DNA of 64,000 nucleotides from a virus (taxonomy: Duplodnaviria; Caudoviricetes), in the IMG/VR virus record IMGVR_UViG_3300028833_000061, positions 137,402 through 201,401 of that record; one strand, 5' to 3'. Of this stretch, positions 47,783 to 57,728 are shown piece by piece. Within the stretch, counting starts at the first letter, position 1. Each line of letters starts with the position of its first letter. The notes beneath the pieces were generated by a model. The model did not search any database and was not told the DNA's origin. It saw only the letters and a list, made by a program, of their open reading frames with translations. The translations under genes were made by a program, and so were the position numbers.

Positions 47783-48136
47783 CTAGTATGTATACAAGTC
47801 GCTGCCGTAGCGCCTATGTGGATCTGGATTCGCCTTGTTGTACTTCATGTTGCCATACAATCCTCCGGCTACGGTCGCCATCCCCTTCCAGAAGGAATTA
47901 CTGCCCAGATAGTTCGCAAGCATGTTTCCTCCAAGAGCCCCCACAGCGACATTGGCAAGTCTCCCATAAGGTTGCGTAACTGGCAAGCCCGTATTGACTA
48001 TCTCCTGTTTAAGGGTGTGCTGCTGCATAGGCGTAAGCCAATCATTCGCAGAAATATGGCGCATCACGTCACCTACAGTAGGCTGAAGTTCTATAAGCTG
48101 CGCAAGCTTCAAAAGTCCTGGCATCGCTCTAGCCAT
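47783..48136 (-). CDS. Glycine-zipper protein
   Basis: LLKLAQ; VAVGALGGNMLANYLG..GMATVAGGLYG. Confidence 0.55.
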   Translation of the reverse strand: MARAMPGLLKLAQLIELQPTVGDVMRHISANDWLTPMQQHTLKQEIVNTGLPVTQPYGRLANVAVGALGGNMLANYLGSNSFWKGMATVAGGLYGNMKYNKANPDPHRRYGSDLYTY

Positions 48137-48442
48137 TTACTCAGCTCCTTCCGTCTGTTCCTCGATCTCTTCCAGCTCTGCCATCGCCTGATCATACGCA
48201 GAGTTGCTCTTTAGAATAGTGTCATACGGTATTCCTAGCCACATAGACAGGCCTACGTCGTCAACAAGATACCACTTTCCAGCCGGGTGCTTAAGCGGAG
48301 GAACAACAACAGTAGATCCTGGAGATACGACAAGGATACGCTCACCGTACACTACAGGATTGGCGTATTCAGGCTGTCCCTTTCCTCTGAAAATGCAGCA
48401 GCCTGAACACAGAACGGCCAAAGCTGTGAGCAAGACTCTCAT
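48137..48442 (-). CDS. Lipoprotein (possible o-spanin)
   Basis: MRVLLTALAVLCSGC lipobox-like signal; Pro-containing body. Confidence 0.55.
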   Translation of the reverse strand: MRVLLTALAVLCSGCCIFRGKGQPEYANPVVYGERILVVSPGSTVVVPPLKHPAGKWYLVDDVGLSMWLGIPYDTILKSNSAYDQAMAELEEIEEQTEGAE

Positions 48443-49176
48443 TTGAAAAGCTCCGTATCCTCGTCAAACCAGATGGAGACCTTGGTAGGCACCTCTAGCT
48501 CCTTCACGGATTTCTTAACCTTATTGAACGAGTCCTTGTACGATATACCCTTACCTATCAGACGGATAATGGCGTTGGTTAGCTCGCCTCCTGCAGCGTC
48601 TCCGTACGAATACTGTCCGTCTGAGCATCCTCCCCAGTGGAGCAGCCTTACGCCTGACTTCCTCGCGGTCCTGGCCATAAACACGTGTGGATTGCCGACC
48701 TGCTGGTAGTTTGTTCCTGAATTACAGCAATCTGTAACCATGAATACTCTGCATTTTGCATTCGACAGTATATTCCAGATCTCGTTGTCAACGATCTCTC
48801 CGTCATCTACGCACAGCGTCTCGTCAAGACCATCGACCTCTCCGGGATCCTTTGACCTAATCTGGCCTCCATGGCCAGAGAAAAAGAATATAAACAATCC
48901 TGAGTCGTCTGTACCGTTAACGGCGTTCACGAGCTCGGCCAGCACTGCTCCTTTTGTAGCCTGCCGATCCACTAGAAGAGTCTTCTTCTTGGCAGGCACC
49001 TTCTTATATATGTTGGTTGCATCCAGGCTTGCGCCTGGACAGGCACCGAACTTACGGCTGATGCCGACTCCTACCGACAGAAGGCGAATCTTGTCCTTGG
49101 GGGACCCAAGACTGCCTGTCAGCAGTCTTATCACCCAGTTTATCGATTTTCCAAACCAACTGTCGTTATTGACCAT
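48439..49176 (-). CDS. Metacaspase / caspase-like peptidase (C14)
   Basis: FFFSGHGGQ (His), DGLDETLC, VTDCCNSG (Cys); likely start MVNND at 49176. Confidence 0.9.
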   Translation of the reverse strand: MVNNDSWFGKSINWVIRLLTGSLGSPKDKIRLLSVGVGISRKFGACPGASLDATNIYKKVPAKKKTLLVDRQATKGAVLAELVNAVNGTDDSGLFIFFFSGHGGQIRSKDPGEVDGLDETLCVDDGEIVDNEIWNILSNAKCRVFMVTDCCNSGTNYQQVGNPHVFMARTARKSGVRLLHWGGCSDGQYSYGDAAGGELTNAIIRLIGKGISYKDSFNKVKKSVKELEVPTKVSIWFDEDTELFK

Positions 49177-49405
49177 CTGTACACCCGTTGTACTTCTCGT
49201 ACAGCTCGCGTCTTTCCGCAGCAAGATAGTTTGCATCTGTAACGCGACCTTCCCGTAACGCCTGTGCAAGCTGCTTTTCCTTTCTGTCTATCGCTGCCTT
49301 CAGCTTTCTACACTTGCTAGTACGATAACGGAAGAAACTGTAGACCATGTCTACAATCTTCGTAAAAGCGCCTGCGATTGAAAAGACGGAAAAAGAAAAA
49401 GCCAT
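49166..49405 (-). CDS. Small protein with a hydrophobic N-terminus and coiled coil
   Basis: MAFSFSVFSIAGAF..KLKAAIDRKEKQLAQAL; overlaps the metacaspase start. Confidence 0.5.
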   Translation of the reverse strand: MAFSFSVFSIAGAFTKIVDMVYSFFRYRTSKCRKLKAAIDRKEKQLAQALREGRVTDANYLAAERRELYEKYNGCTDGQ

Positions 49406-49445
49406 CCAAAAAAGCCCTCGTGCAGCATATTAGCCTATAATCGGC

Positions 49446-49868
49446 CTAACTGCAACTGGCTTTTGTGAATTTCTCGCACACCTCGTCGTCAAGCCACCTG
49501 GACCGCTCAAGATCGGAGCACCATCCGACGCTCTTGCCTGATCCTTCCTTGAAGCATGCACAGTCCCCGCAGTGGTGATGCGGAGACTCGGCATGCTTCA
49601 CACGATCATGCTCCTCAGCCTTCTTGGCGTCGTTAAACCTGTCCAGAGTGCCTACCAGATATCCTGTTATACGCCTGATGCGGTCAAACGGACGATTCAA
49701 GAAAGTATACTTTATGTCTATGTACTCTGGATCTTTCTCGTCTATGGTTATATCGATCCTCTTTAGTGCATGGCTGCTGCCATACTGCTCTATAGCCCTA
49801 TCCAAATAAGCCTGCTTTTCGTCGTCAGACATCTCTCCTCCGACGACATTTATCTCAATGTTATTCAT
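49446..49868 (-). CDS. Stand-alone class III ribonucleotide reductase (NrdD) glycyl-radical domain with a Cys-rich tail
   Basis: RIRRITGYLVGTLDRFNDAKKAEEHDRVKH; then CGDC..C..C; SD AGGAGG before ATG 49868. Confidence 0.8.
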   Translation of the reverse strand: MNNIEINVVGGEMSDDEKQAYLDRAIEQYGSSHALKRIDITIDEKDPEYIDIKYTFLNRPFDRIRRITGYLVGTLDRFNDAKKAEEHDRVKHAESPHHHCGDCACFKEGSGKSVGWCSDLERSRWLDDEVCEKFTKASCS

Positions 49869-49897
49869 GGATGCCTCCTGGTTGATCACGAGAGAGT

Positions 49898-49926
49898 AGT
49901 ATACCACCAGGAAACACTAGAACGAA
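49898..49926 (-). promoter_or_regulatory. Putative extended -10 promoter
   Basis: TTCGTT-N17-TATACT with a TG extension. Confidence 0.45.
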
Positions 49927-49937
49927 GACAAAGTTAT

Positions 49938-50798
49938 CTACAAGAAATTAACAGCCACCAAATGTACTTCTACGGATGCTTTTTGTCTGAAAAAAGCATC
50001 CCCAGCAACATGAAATGACCCATGCAGAAGCAAATTATCGGTAGCGGGCTTATACACTACAGGAAAGTCCTCATACAATGGATACTCAACATTGTTTGTA
50101 TCATAACCTCCCTTTCGCTCCATTGTTATCTTGGCAGCCCTACTAAAAATCTCTGACCTGGAACCGTCTACGTCGATCTCCAACCTTGCGTCCCAGTCAT
50201 AGCTTATTCTCGTTGCAGTATATGTTTTTCCTGTTGCAAGAAGTTTGAATACAAGCTCAATCTCTACAAGATCCAAAGACGTCGCAGAATACAGCATGTT
50301 CACGTTGCACAAACTGCCTACAGCCTCCGTCAGGTCTATATCGAAGTTAACAGTCTGATTCGGTGTCTGCAGCGCACTGGCTGGACGATACAACAAAGAA
50401 CTGCCCGACGGTACGACAAAAGTAGCGTGTTTAACTGCTGGTGTTAGCTCTGAATACCGTAGAATTGGCGTAACGTCTACGCCATTTGGAATGACGGAAT
50501 TATCAGGAAACTGATAGTTTTCGTTTTTAAAATCTACCGGCGCCCACCCTATATGTCTGTCCCATGCATATAACGGCTCCACGCTTGGAAGTACAACAGG
50601 AGTATCTGTGTATGTGGTTGTAAGACCTGCGAACGATTCCGGGCGTATCCTCTGGTTTGAAACAAGAACCAGCGTGCTGGACGTGTCTAATACAGGCACA
50701 TCCGATCCCTGTACCAGATCTCCGCCAAGACTGGGCAGAACTACCGGCGTTCTTCTTATTTCTTCTTTCAGGTCTAGTGCATTCATTCCACGGTCCAA
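49938..50798 (-). CDS. Beta-rich fibre-cluster protein (286 aa)
   Basis: Last gene of the fibre/adhesin cluster; internal TPVVLPS duplication. Confidence 0.5.
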   Translation of the reverse strand: MDRGMNALDLKEEIRRTPVVLPSLGGDLVQGSDVPVLDTSSTLVLVSNQRIRPESFAGLTTTYTDTPVVLPSVEPLYAWDRHIGWAPVDFKNENYQFPDNSVIPNGVDVTPILRYSELTPAVKHATFVVPSGSSLLYRPASALQTPNQTVNFDIDLTEAVGSLCNVNMLYSATSLDLVEIELVFKLLATGKTYTATRISYDWDARLEIDVDGSRSEIFSRAAKITMERKGGYDTNNVEYPLYEDFPVVYKPATDNLLLHGSFHVAGDAFFRQKASVEVHLVAVNFL

Positions 50799-53700
50799 AC
50801 GGGCATTCCTCTGTCAACATATCCAGCAGGCATTTCTATGCCTGAGCATGTATTTCCTTCGACGTCAATCCTATCTACTGAAACTCCGAGATCAGACAAG
50901 CACTCAGAGACTATATGGGTGGCTGTGAGCAGTTTCGTAACGGCAGGATCCGCGTCTACGAAATAAACCTTGCCGTTATACTTAACAAGATCATTCTCGA
51001 AACGCTTAGATACGACATATTCCTCCGCTGCATCTACCGTTTTATGCGTATAGTTAAACGGTACGGCGATATTAGATCTCGCTTGCTGCACATCATAATT
51101 TCTCACAAAATCCGATACGACTGCATTCTTGTATTCCGCTGTCTTGTCTGATACCACATAGAGCTTTGCAAAATCACGCAGCCCATCGGAAAGACCATAT
51201 ACCGTTCTGAGCGCTACGAACAGCAGTAGATTGATGTAATCAAACATGTGCGACTTATCTGAAAATCCACGAGTAGATGCAAGATAGTACATGACCGCAG
51301 CAACGGCCCGCTTGAAATTAGCGTCAGACTCCTGCACGAACATAAATCCAGATTCTGTCGCATATGCCTGCTGTGCCGCCATCATCTCGGCCTCGGAGGT
51401 ATCTTTTGGAAATCCTATGGATGAAAAATCCGTAAGCCTGAATGTGTCGCACCACTCTGGCCTGGCCAGAGGAGGGCGATCGAACTCGCTCGTATCGGAC
51501 GCCGTCGTGTGCAACCTGACAAACGAAGCACGGTCGCCTATGTCCGGCATGTTCTCTACCGCTACGACATATTCGAACTTGCCTCCGCCTACAGTGGTCG
51601 ACTCCGATACTCTGACACGCTTGTTTCTTGTAAGCACCTTCTCCTTGTCGCCGTTAACAGACGACATGTAGGATCCCGGGTAGACAACGCGGTAATGCGG
51701 ATCAAACTCATTATTACCGTTACCATACACCTTTCCGTCGCTACTGCCAGTGACGGTGTAGTTATAGCTGTTCGTGAAATAGCATACGTCGAACACAGGA
51801 TCCAGTCCAAGCCTCCTGCACCTGTCGATACGGCAGGCGTGGAAGTTGCCTCTTCCTACGAGCACACCGTCTGCCCACTCAGGAACCGGCTGGTCATGCA
51901 CCCTGCACGAAACGAATGTTCCGTCTATGCTTCCCTTCCAGTAGGGCACTATGTCGCACATATAAAAAGAGCCGTCAAGACGCAGCTCGTCTATCTTCGA
52001 GAAATCGGCCATGCAGTTTACAAACTTTGCAGGACCTACCGACACGAACTTATTCATAAGTCTGAAATACTTTACGACATGCGCGGTATCGTCGCGAAGT
52101 ATCGGAGCGTAGTTCGTTCCAACCTTCGCCGGATCATACGTTACACTTCTTCCACCGATGTATGACTTAACAACGCCATTTACACGTGCAACATTGTTTC
52201 CGCTTACATAGAAACTGGTGTCGGCCGGCATCGATATCGAAGAAACAGTGGCCGCTCCTATGAAATTTATATTTATGCGCTCTGAAATCGGATATACGTT
52301 GCCACAGCCTACGGAGTATGTCTTCGTGCCGATCACGTCTATGTCGAACGGCAGGGTTCTATCGTTCCTTGACGCCTGTGCAGTATGGAATCCAGGCATT
52401 GGATTGTAATATAGCTCTCCGGTAATCTCTCCGAAACTTCCTTTCGTAATAACCTTGTACTCTATGTTAGCAAGATACATCTCCGTTGCACGCTCTATCG
52501 CCTTTGAGACAGTGGCAAGAGGATATCTGCTAGACCCGTAGGTGTGTCCGCCATCAGAACCCTTGTCTGTGACGTAAAACTTCCTCTTGGTGGCTATTTC
52601 AACATGATGTATGCCCGGAGTGGCAGTGAAGCGTAGATAGTTTGAAGGTGGCACAGATTCGCCATCTATTGTCACAGAATCCACGTCACCATATATAGTA
52701 AGCTCGGCGTCAGATCCTGCGGCATATACTCTTGCCCTCGGATTCACTGACCCGAAACCACTCGTTATGGATGCAAGTACGACAGACGTCGTGCTTTCGT
52801 TAACACGAACCTCGTTAGGCCCTATGCTAATAAGCCCCTGGTTGCGATCAACTCCGTTGTACGACCTTGCAGTAGATCCCAGTATGTCGTACTTCTCGTC
52901 GATTTCGAGTAATTCTGGAAAATCAACGGCTACAGACTCGATGGATTCTCCTGTGCAATACAATCTGTCAGACGCCTTTGTAGGCATCAGCGTAGCTGGA
53001 TCAACTCCTGGCCTGTGCAACCCAGGCAGATCATATACATTGTCTATGTACTCCAATCTTCCAGTCGCTGAATATCTTGACGCAACCTTGCCAGTCCTTA
53101 TGAACGACAAATCGTCTCCGACATCAAAACAGTAGTCTGGTCCAGTTCCTACCATCCTCGGGTCATCGCCAAGCGAACGCACCTGATAATCATAATCATA
53201 ACCCGTCCTGTGGCTACCTACACAGCGTCTGTACGTTATATTGCGTAGTTGTTTTCGTATGGATACCCACGCATCCTGATAGGCCTCAACCATATCATCG
53301 CCGTATCTCTCTCTATTTCCTGGGTTGTATGGGTCCTCGAAAATAGTTTTAGGAAAAGCCGCGGCCCAGCCTATGTACGACAACCAGCTGTTGTACATGT
53401 AAGAATTTATAACCAGTGTTTTCGACTTAACATCCCTGTCCTGGTATTTTTCGCTTGTAGTACTCACGTTTCCTACAAACGCGCAGTTGATAATGACGCC
53501 TCTTGCAGGAAACCCGCAGGCTGTGTTGTAAAAAATGCAGTTCGAGATTCTTGCGGCGTATACTATAGGACCAGCACCGTATATGTGATACGATGAATTG
53601 TTGTATCCTGCAAAGTAGCACCGATCGAAGCATCCTTTAAGATCGCTGAATCTCGTGCCCTTCTGCGGATCGTTGTCGTCATACGGTACGCCGTCTCTGA

Positions 53701-54625
53701 ATCTGTAGCTCTTGAACACAGTGCTTGTGCCCATGAACGTGCAGCCTGTGACGAATTCTGAATTTCTTAGCTCCGGCGCGTTTACAAAATAGCAATTTTC
53801 AACTCGCTCTGGAGTCTCGAGCGATCCCTCAGAGATCGGAAGACTTGTTGGATTGTATCGAGCGTTCCAATTCAGCCTGGCAGCTACGGTCGTACCCACA
53901 AACTTGCTGAACGTGGATCCTCTCGGTGCACCCCAGCACACGCCGGACATAAGCTTGTACGGCATATACAGACCGCAGTATACCTGAATATATCCAAATT
54001 CCTTCGTTTCATACGCAGCACCCCAGCCTGGTACGCACCACGAGGCCCTGTCCCTTTCTCCATCCTTAAGACCGGCATACGGGTCTATATCGGGTATCCT
54101 AATGCCTATAACGGTGTCACCGCCAGACGTGTTCACAAGCGTTATATTCCTCGTGCCGCTGTTCCAATACTTAGAATGCTTGCTTGTCCTTATCGCCCTC
54201 CACCTTGTAGTGCCGTCCGGCATGTACACGAAGTCGTGTGGTGCATCGAATACAATCGGTGCATAATAATCACCTGGATCCTGCAGCTCGATTCTTACTT
54301 CGTCGTCAAGGCCCTTGTCCAGTATTTCGACCGCAAGAAGGGTGACATATGTAAGATCAGACGGAAACACAGTAGAATAATAAGCGCTGGTGGCCGACCC
54401 GTCTATTATCCATTCTCCGCTGGTATCGTTCTCATTCACTATAAGGTTGCCGCTCGAATCGACATACTTACACTTTACGGCCCAATCATATGACGTCATG
54501 TACAGCTCCAGGGACTGCCCAGGAGTTACTTCGATCTCGGAGCGCCCTTCTATTCTCTCGAACAGCGCTCTTCTTCCGGCTGGATCTACGGTATCGTATA
54601 CCCTTGCTATGCGGAGAGTAGTCAT
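50783..54625 (-). CDS. Right-handed beta-helix (pectin-lyase-like) tailspike/adhesin
   Basis: xCxF rungs (ENCYF, TGCTF, DRCYF, SNCIF, INCAF); D-x-x-G..R...IGPNE; FYVTDKGSDG..GS..PLATVSKAI. Confidence 0.6.
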   Translation of the reverse strand: MTTLRIARVYDTVDPAGRRALFERIEGRSEIEVTPGQSLELYMTSYDWAVKCKYVDSSGNLIVNENDTSGEWIIDGSATSAYYSTVFPSDLTYVTLLAVEILDKGLDDEVRIELQDPGDYYAPIVFDAPHDFVYMPDGTTRWRAIRTSKHSKYWNSGTRNITLVNTSGGDTVIGIRIPDIDPYAGLKDGERDRASWCVPGWGAAYETKEFGYIQVYCGLYMPYKLMSGVCWGAPRGSTFSKFVGTTVAARLNWNARYNPTSLPISEGSLETPERVENCYFVNAPELRNSEFVTGCTFMGTSTVFKSYRFRDGVPYDDNDPQKGTRFSDLKGCFDRCYFAGYNNSSYHIYGAGPIVYAARISNCIFYNTACGFPARGVIINCAFVGNVSTTSEKYQDRDVKSKTLVINSYMYNSWLSYIGWAAAFPKTIFEDPYNPGNRERYGDDMVEAYQDAWVSIRKQLRNITYRRCVGSHRTGYDYDYQVRSLGDDPRMVGTGPDYCFDVGDDLSFIRTGKVASRYSATGRLEYIDNVYDLPGLHRPGVDPATLMPTKASDRLYCTGESIESVAVDFPELLEIDEKYDILGSTARSYNGVDRNQGLISIGPNEVRVNESTTSVVLASITSGFGSVNPRARVYAAGSDAELTIYGDVDSVTIDGESVPPSNYLRFTATPGIHHVEIATKRKFYVTDKGSDGGHTYGSSRYPLATVSKAIERATEMYLANIEYKVITKGSFGEITGELYYNPMPGFHTAQASRNDRTLPFDIDVIGTKTYSVGCGNVYPISERININFIGAATVSSISMPADTSFYVSGNNVARVNGVVKSYIGGRSVTYDPAKVGTNYAPILRDDTAHVVKYFRLMNKFVSVGPAKFVNCMADFSKIDELRLDGSFYMCDIVPYWKGSIDGTFVSCRVHDQPVPEWADGVLVGRGNFHACRIDRCRRLGLDPVFDVCYFTNSYNYTVTGSSDGKVYGNGNNEFDPHYRVVYPGSYMSSVNGDKEKVLTRNKRVRVSESTTVGGGKFEYVVAVENMPDIGDRASFVRLHTTASDTSEFDRPPLARPEWCDTFRLTDFSSIGFPKDTSEAEMMAAQQAYATESGFMFVQESDANFKRAVAAVMYYLASTRGFSDKSHMFDYINLLLFVALRTVYGLSDGLRDFAKLYVVSDKTAEYKNAVVSDFVRNYDVQQARSNIAVPFNYTHKTVDAAEEYVVSKRFENDLVKYNGKVYFVDADPAVTKLLTATHIVSECLSDLGVSVDRIDVEGNTCSGIEMPAGYVDRGMPVWTVE

Positions 54626-55177
54626 CTATCCTACAAAATACTTATTTATGTAAATCTTCCCTAGAAAATATCTAACTGCAAAGTACGCTATCTGATTGGC
54701 CGTGTTTACCCTGAAGTCCGCAGGGTCGCTTAGATTTACGATGTTCTCGTTCGTAAACACTATCCTGCATGCAGGATCGCTTATCTTAACCCAGAACTCT
54801 ATCGAATACGCCTGATCGCCTGCGAGATTTTCGAGGTTCTTGAATGTAAATGATTCCGTGCTGGTACTCGTAACGGTAGCGAAATACACATGATACGTAT
54901 TATCGACTTCTATGTTCCCTCCCTCGGAAAGAGTACCCTCGTTGATGTTCTTTACCTTTAGAACGTTCGGTACGACGGAAGCTATCGTTATCGATATCTT
55001 TCCATCCTTTATATCAACTCCAGGGCCTGGAACCAACAAATCCTGCTTCTTCGACAGTGTCTTGTCTATACTGTCGAGACGTTTGTCTCTTTTTGCAAGA
55101 AGCTCGTCGATGTCACCGACGAGATAAACCCTGTCGTTAAATTTTATCTTATGATGCAGTACGCCTTCTGTATTCAT
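54626..55177 (-). CDS. Tail-fibre-associated protein (183 aa)
   Basis: KKQDLLVPGPGVDIKDGKIS fibre-type motif; beta-sandwich-like C-terminus. Confidence 0.55.
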   Translation of the reverse strand: MNTEGVLHHKIKFNDRVYLVGDIDELLAKRDKRLDSIDKTLSKKQDLLVPGPGVDIKDGKISITIASVVPNVLKVKNINEGTLSEGGNIEVDNTYHVYFATVTSTSTESFTFKNLENLAGDQAYSIEFWVKISDPACRIVFTNENIVNLSDPADFRVNTANQIAYFAVRYFLGKIYINKYFVG

Positions 55178-55202
55178 TGCTTGCCTTACCTAGTGCCATT
55201 AC

Positions 55203-57728
55203 TCACCGTTTTGTCTTGCCTACGAACGTTATCTTTGTCCTAGACGGATCTGCACCTGCTCGACATCCTGTCGAAGACTTGTACCCTATCCAGCCCCACG
55301 TTCCACTCCACTCATAATACCCCCAGAACGAACAACCCCACAAGTACCTGTTGATTTCCAAATTTTTCTGACACTCGCTATCACAATCGGCCGTGCACTT
55401 CATGACCGATCTTTTTCCTGCGGTAGTTGAGGCCACCTCGTTGCCGTTTGGAAGCGTAGAGACATATACACACGTTCCCGTAGTAGTCGCCAGATGGTAC
55501 TTAGGTGTTACTTTCGGCTTTAAAACTGTGTCTTTCGGCGGTTTAGGCGTAGGAGTTGGTTTCGGTTTTAAATTTAACGGAATATAACAATATTCTGGCG
55601 AACACACTACATACCTGATCGGATCTTCCGCCGTACCTGAGCCAACGGGATGAAGCGCACAAGGCCGCCCGTGCTTTATAGCCAAGTAACAGATGTCCCC
55701 GTTCGGAGGATCATTGTCGCTAGGAGTGACACAAATGCACGAGATTTCATTCCACTTCATTCCATCCGGGCATGTTCGTTCTGGGCATTTCCAATAATCT
55801 CCAGAAGAAGGAACGCAACGGCATTTTTCCTTAGACCAAGACGTACCTTCACCGCAAGGCACGCTAGGTCCCAGACATTTCTGTGTATTGTTACCAGGCC
55901 CTCCCCCTGCACCATAGTACATTTCTTTGATTACCTTGTGAAATTCAGGATCGTTCTTCGATACTTCGGACGTCGGGCGCAAGTAATCAGTCAACCACTT
56001 GATTATCTTGAACACATCCCCATCGAAGATATTTACTCCTCCTGGAACATTCGCACCAATGCCCATGCTGTCGTAGTAATTTTGGAGCGTGACGGCTATG
56101 CCCATAAGAGTATCTATGTCAGGCTCCTCCTCTATGATATTTACGATGTCCTCCCTCATCCTTTCTACTACGTCCGGGTCGTACACTATATATCTGGGCG
56201 TTGAAACATTGCCAGTAATATCTGTCCCGCTCGGATATCTAAGGAACACATGTCCGTTTATTGCGACGTCTCCCCGAGCCACCGCGGATCTCACTGCCTC
56301 GACCGAGTCCCTCAGTCTCTTAAGTGGATTTCCATAAAACGTAACAAGTCCGTCATACAGTATAGTCACCTGTATGTCATACTCGCCTTCCGTCTCTTCT
56401 TCATAGATGATTTCAGACCCAGTACTGGTGGTGGTCGTCCAGGCGTTGTACAGATTGTCAAAATCAGTTTTGTGATTCCACGCGCATGTTGGACATACGC
56501 TCTCTCTCAACGACCTAGTAACTTCAGACGTTGAAACAGCAGCCTCATAAATGGAGTGTGCGGATACATTATCAGTAGAAATAGTTCCTTGCCTGACGTT
56601 ACTGGCAGAGATCACCACTCTTATGCCGTAGGGGTCATTTTCAGTCGGAGGATCTGAGTACACATCAAAATCGCACATATGCACATGGATCTGTTCTCCG
56701 TCAAACGAGAACGTGCCAATGCTGCTTGACGATCCATCGTAGTCACGCGTCTTATCAAGAAACCAAGGCTTAAATTCTGTGTCGAACCTTGCCGAATCCT
56801 CGCTTGATGGATAGTTACCACCATGCAACTGGCTATAGAGGATTTTGTACTCCAACACGGCATCTCTCAATATTTTATACAGCGAGCCGTCGGTTGTCGT
56901 AACTTGAACACCTATAGAAGAATCAGGCTCATCCTCGAAAGCAGCCAAATACTCTTTTTCACTTTCGGACAACCCCGTCATATGAGCTATGGCTTCGTCT
57001 AGATCGTTAAACAGAAGACCGCCTGCAGGAAGAACAGATATACCAAATCTACCATCCTGCTCATCCAGTTTTCCATGGTCTGAATCAGACTCGGACACCA
57101 CCCTTGTTCCGCCGCCGAGAACTTCAGCGACGCGAACTATGTCTCCATCCACTACATTCGTATAGTACAGATCTCCAGAGCTTTCTTGAAATATACAGTC
57201 GCGTAGTGTGCCGAATTTATTAACATGCGTCATATTGCTGTTCCTGAACAACACGCCGACCATGTCGTTCCGCTCGAGAGGGCATGCTCCGTTGATACTG
57301 ATCTCGCCGTACATAATCGCGCACGAGACGATCCTTGCGTTATCGTGTACAGTACACTGATCAAGGAGGCAGTTGTTCGCGTACACACCACCTGATACAT
57401 CGCACTTCAGTATCTGGCTTTTTTCGCATACACAATTATCGAGACTACAGGACTCTATTACGCATCCTTTTAGACGACACCCCGTAAACAATATGCCATG
57501 CTGGTTGAATACGACAGTGCCCATATCAACCGTAACACCGTCGCATACAAGCGTGCCATCGACATTCTTCGCCTTGATCGGAGGATCTACCGGTTTTTCA
57601 ATGTACTCATCCTTGGCATCAATGCCAACTACGTCAGTGCCGTCCCTGCGTACAAGAACGACAGCGTCGAGATCGACGAAAGCGTCCGTTTCTTCAGTAT
57701 CAGTCAGTGAGTCCATTTGTGACAGCAT
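55203..57728 (-). CDS. Fibre-cluster protein with a beta-solenoid N-terminus and Cys-rich C-terminus (841 aa)
   Basis: Cys-laddered pentapeptide-like rungs; CGEGTSWSKEKCRCV / CPDGMKWNEISCICV repeats; PKPTPTPKPP linker. Confidence 0.55.
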   Translation of the reverse strand: MLSQMDSLTDTEETDAFVDLDAVVLVRRDGTDVVGIDAKDEYIEKPVDPPIKAKNVDGTLVCDGVTVDMGTVVFNQHGILFTGCRLKGCVIESCSLDNCVCEKSQILKCDVSGGVYANNCLLDQCTVHDNARIVSCAIMYGEISINGACPLERNDMVGVLFRNSNMTHVNKFGTLRDCIFQESSGDLYYTNVVDGDIVRVAEVLGGGTRVVSESDSDHGKLDEQDGRFGISVLPAGGLLFNDLDEAIAHMTGLSESEKEYLAAFEDEPDSSIGVQVTTTDGSLYKILRDAVLEYKILYSQLHGGNYPSSEDSARFDTEFKPWFLDKTRDYDGSSSSIGTFSFDGEQIHVHMCDFDVYSDPPTENDPYGIRVVISASNVRQGTISTDNVSAHSIYEAAVSTSEVTRSLRESVCPTCAWNHKTDFDNLYNAWTTTTSTGSEIIYEEETEGEYDIQVTILYDGLVTFYGNPLKRLRDSVEAVRSAVARGDVAINGHVFLRYPSGTDITGNVSTPRYIVYDPDVVERMREDIVNIIEEEPDIDTLMGIAVTLQNYYDSMGIGANVPGGVNIFDGDVFKIIKWLTDYLRPTSEVSKNDPEFHKVIKEMYYGAGGGPGNNTQKCLGPSVPCGEGTSWSKEKCRCVPSSGDYWKCPERTCPDGMKWNEISCICVTPSDNDPPNGDICYLAIKHGRPCALHPVGSGTAEDPIRYVVCSPEYCYIPLNLKPKPTPTPKPPKDTVLKPKVTPKYHLATTTGTCVYVSTLPNGNEVASTTAGKRSVMKCTADCDSECQKNLEINRYLWGCSFWGYYEWSGTWGWIGYKSSTGCRAGADPSRTKITFVGKTKR

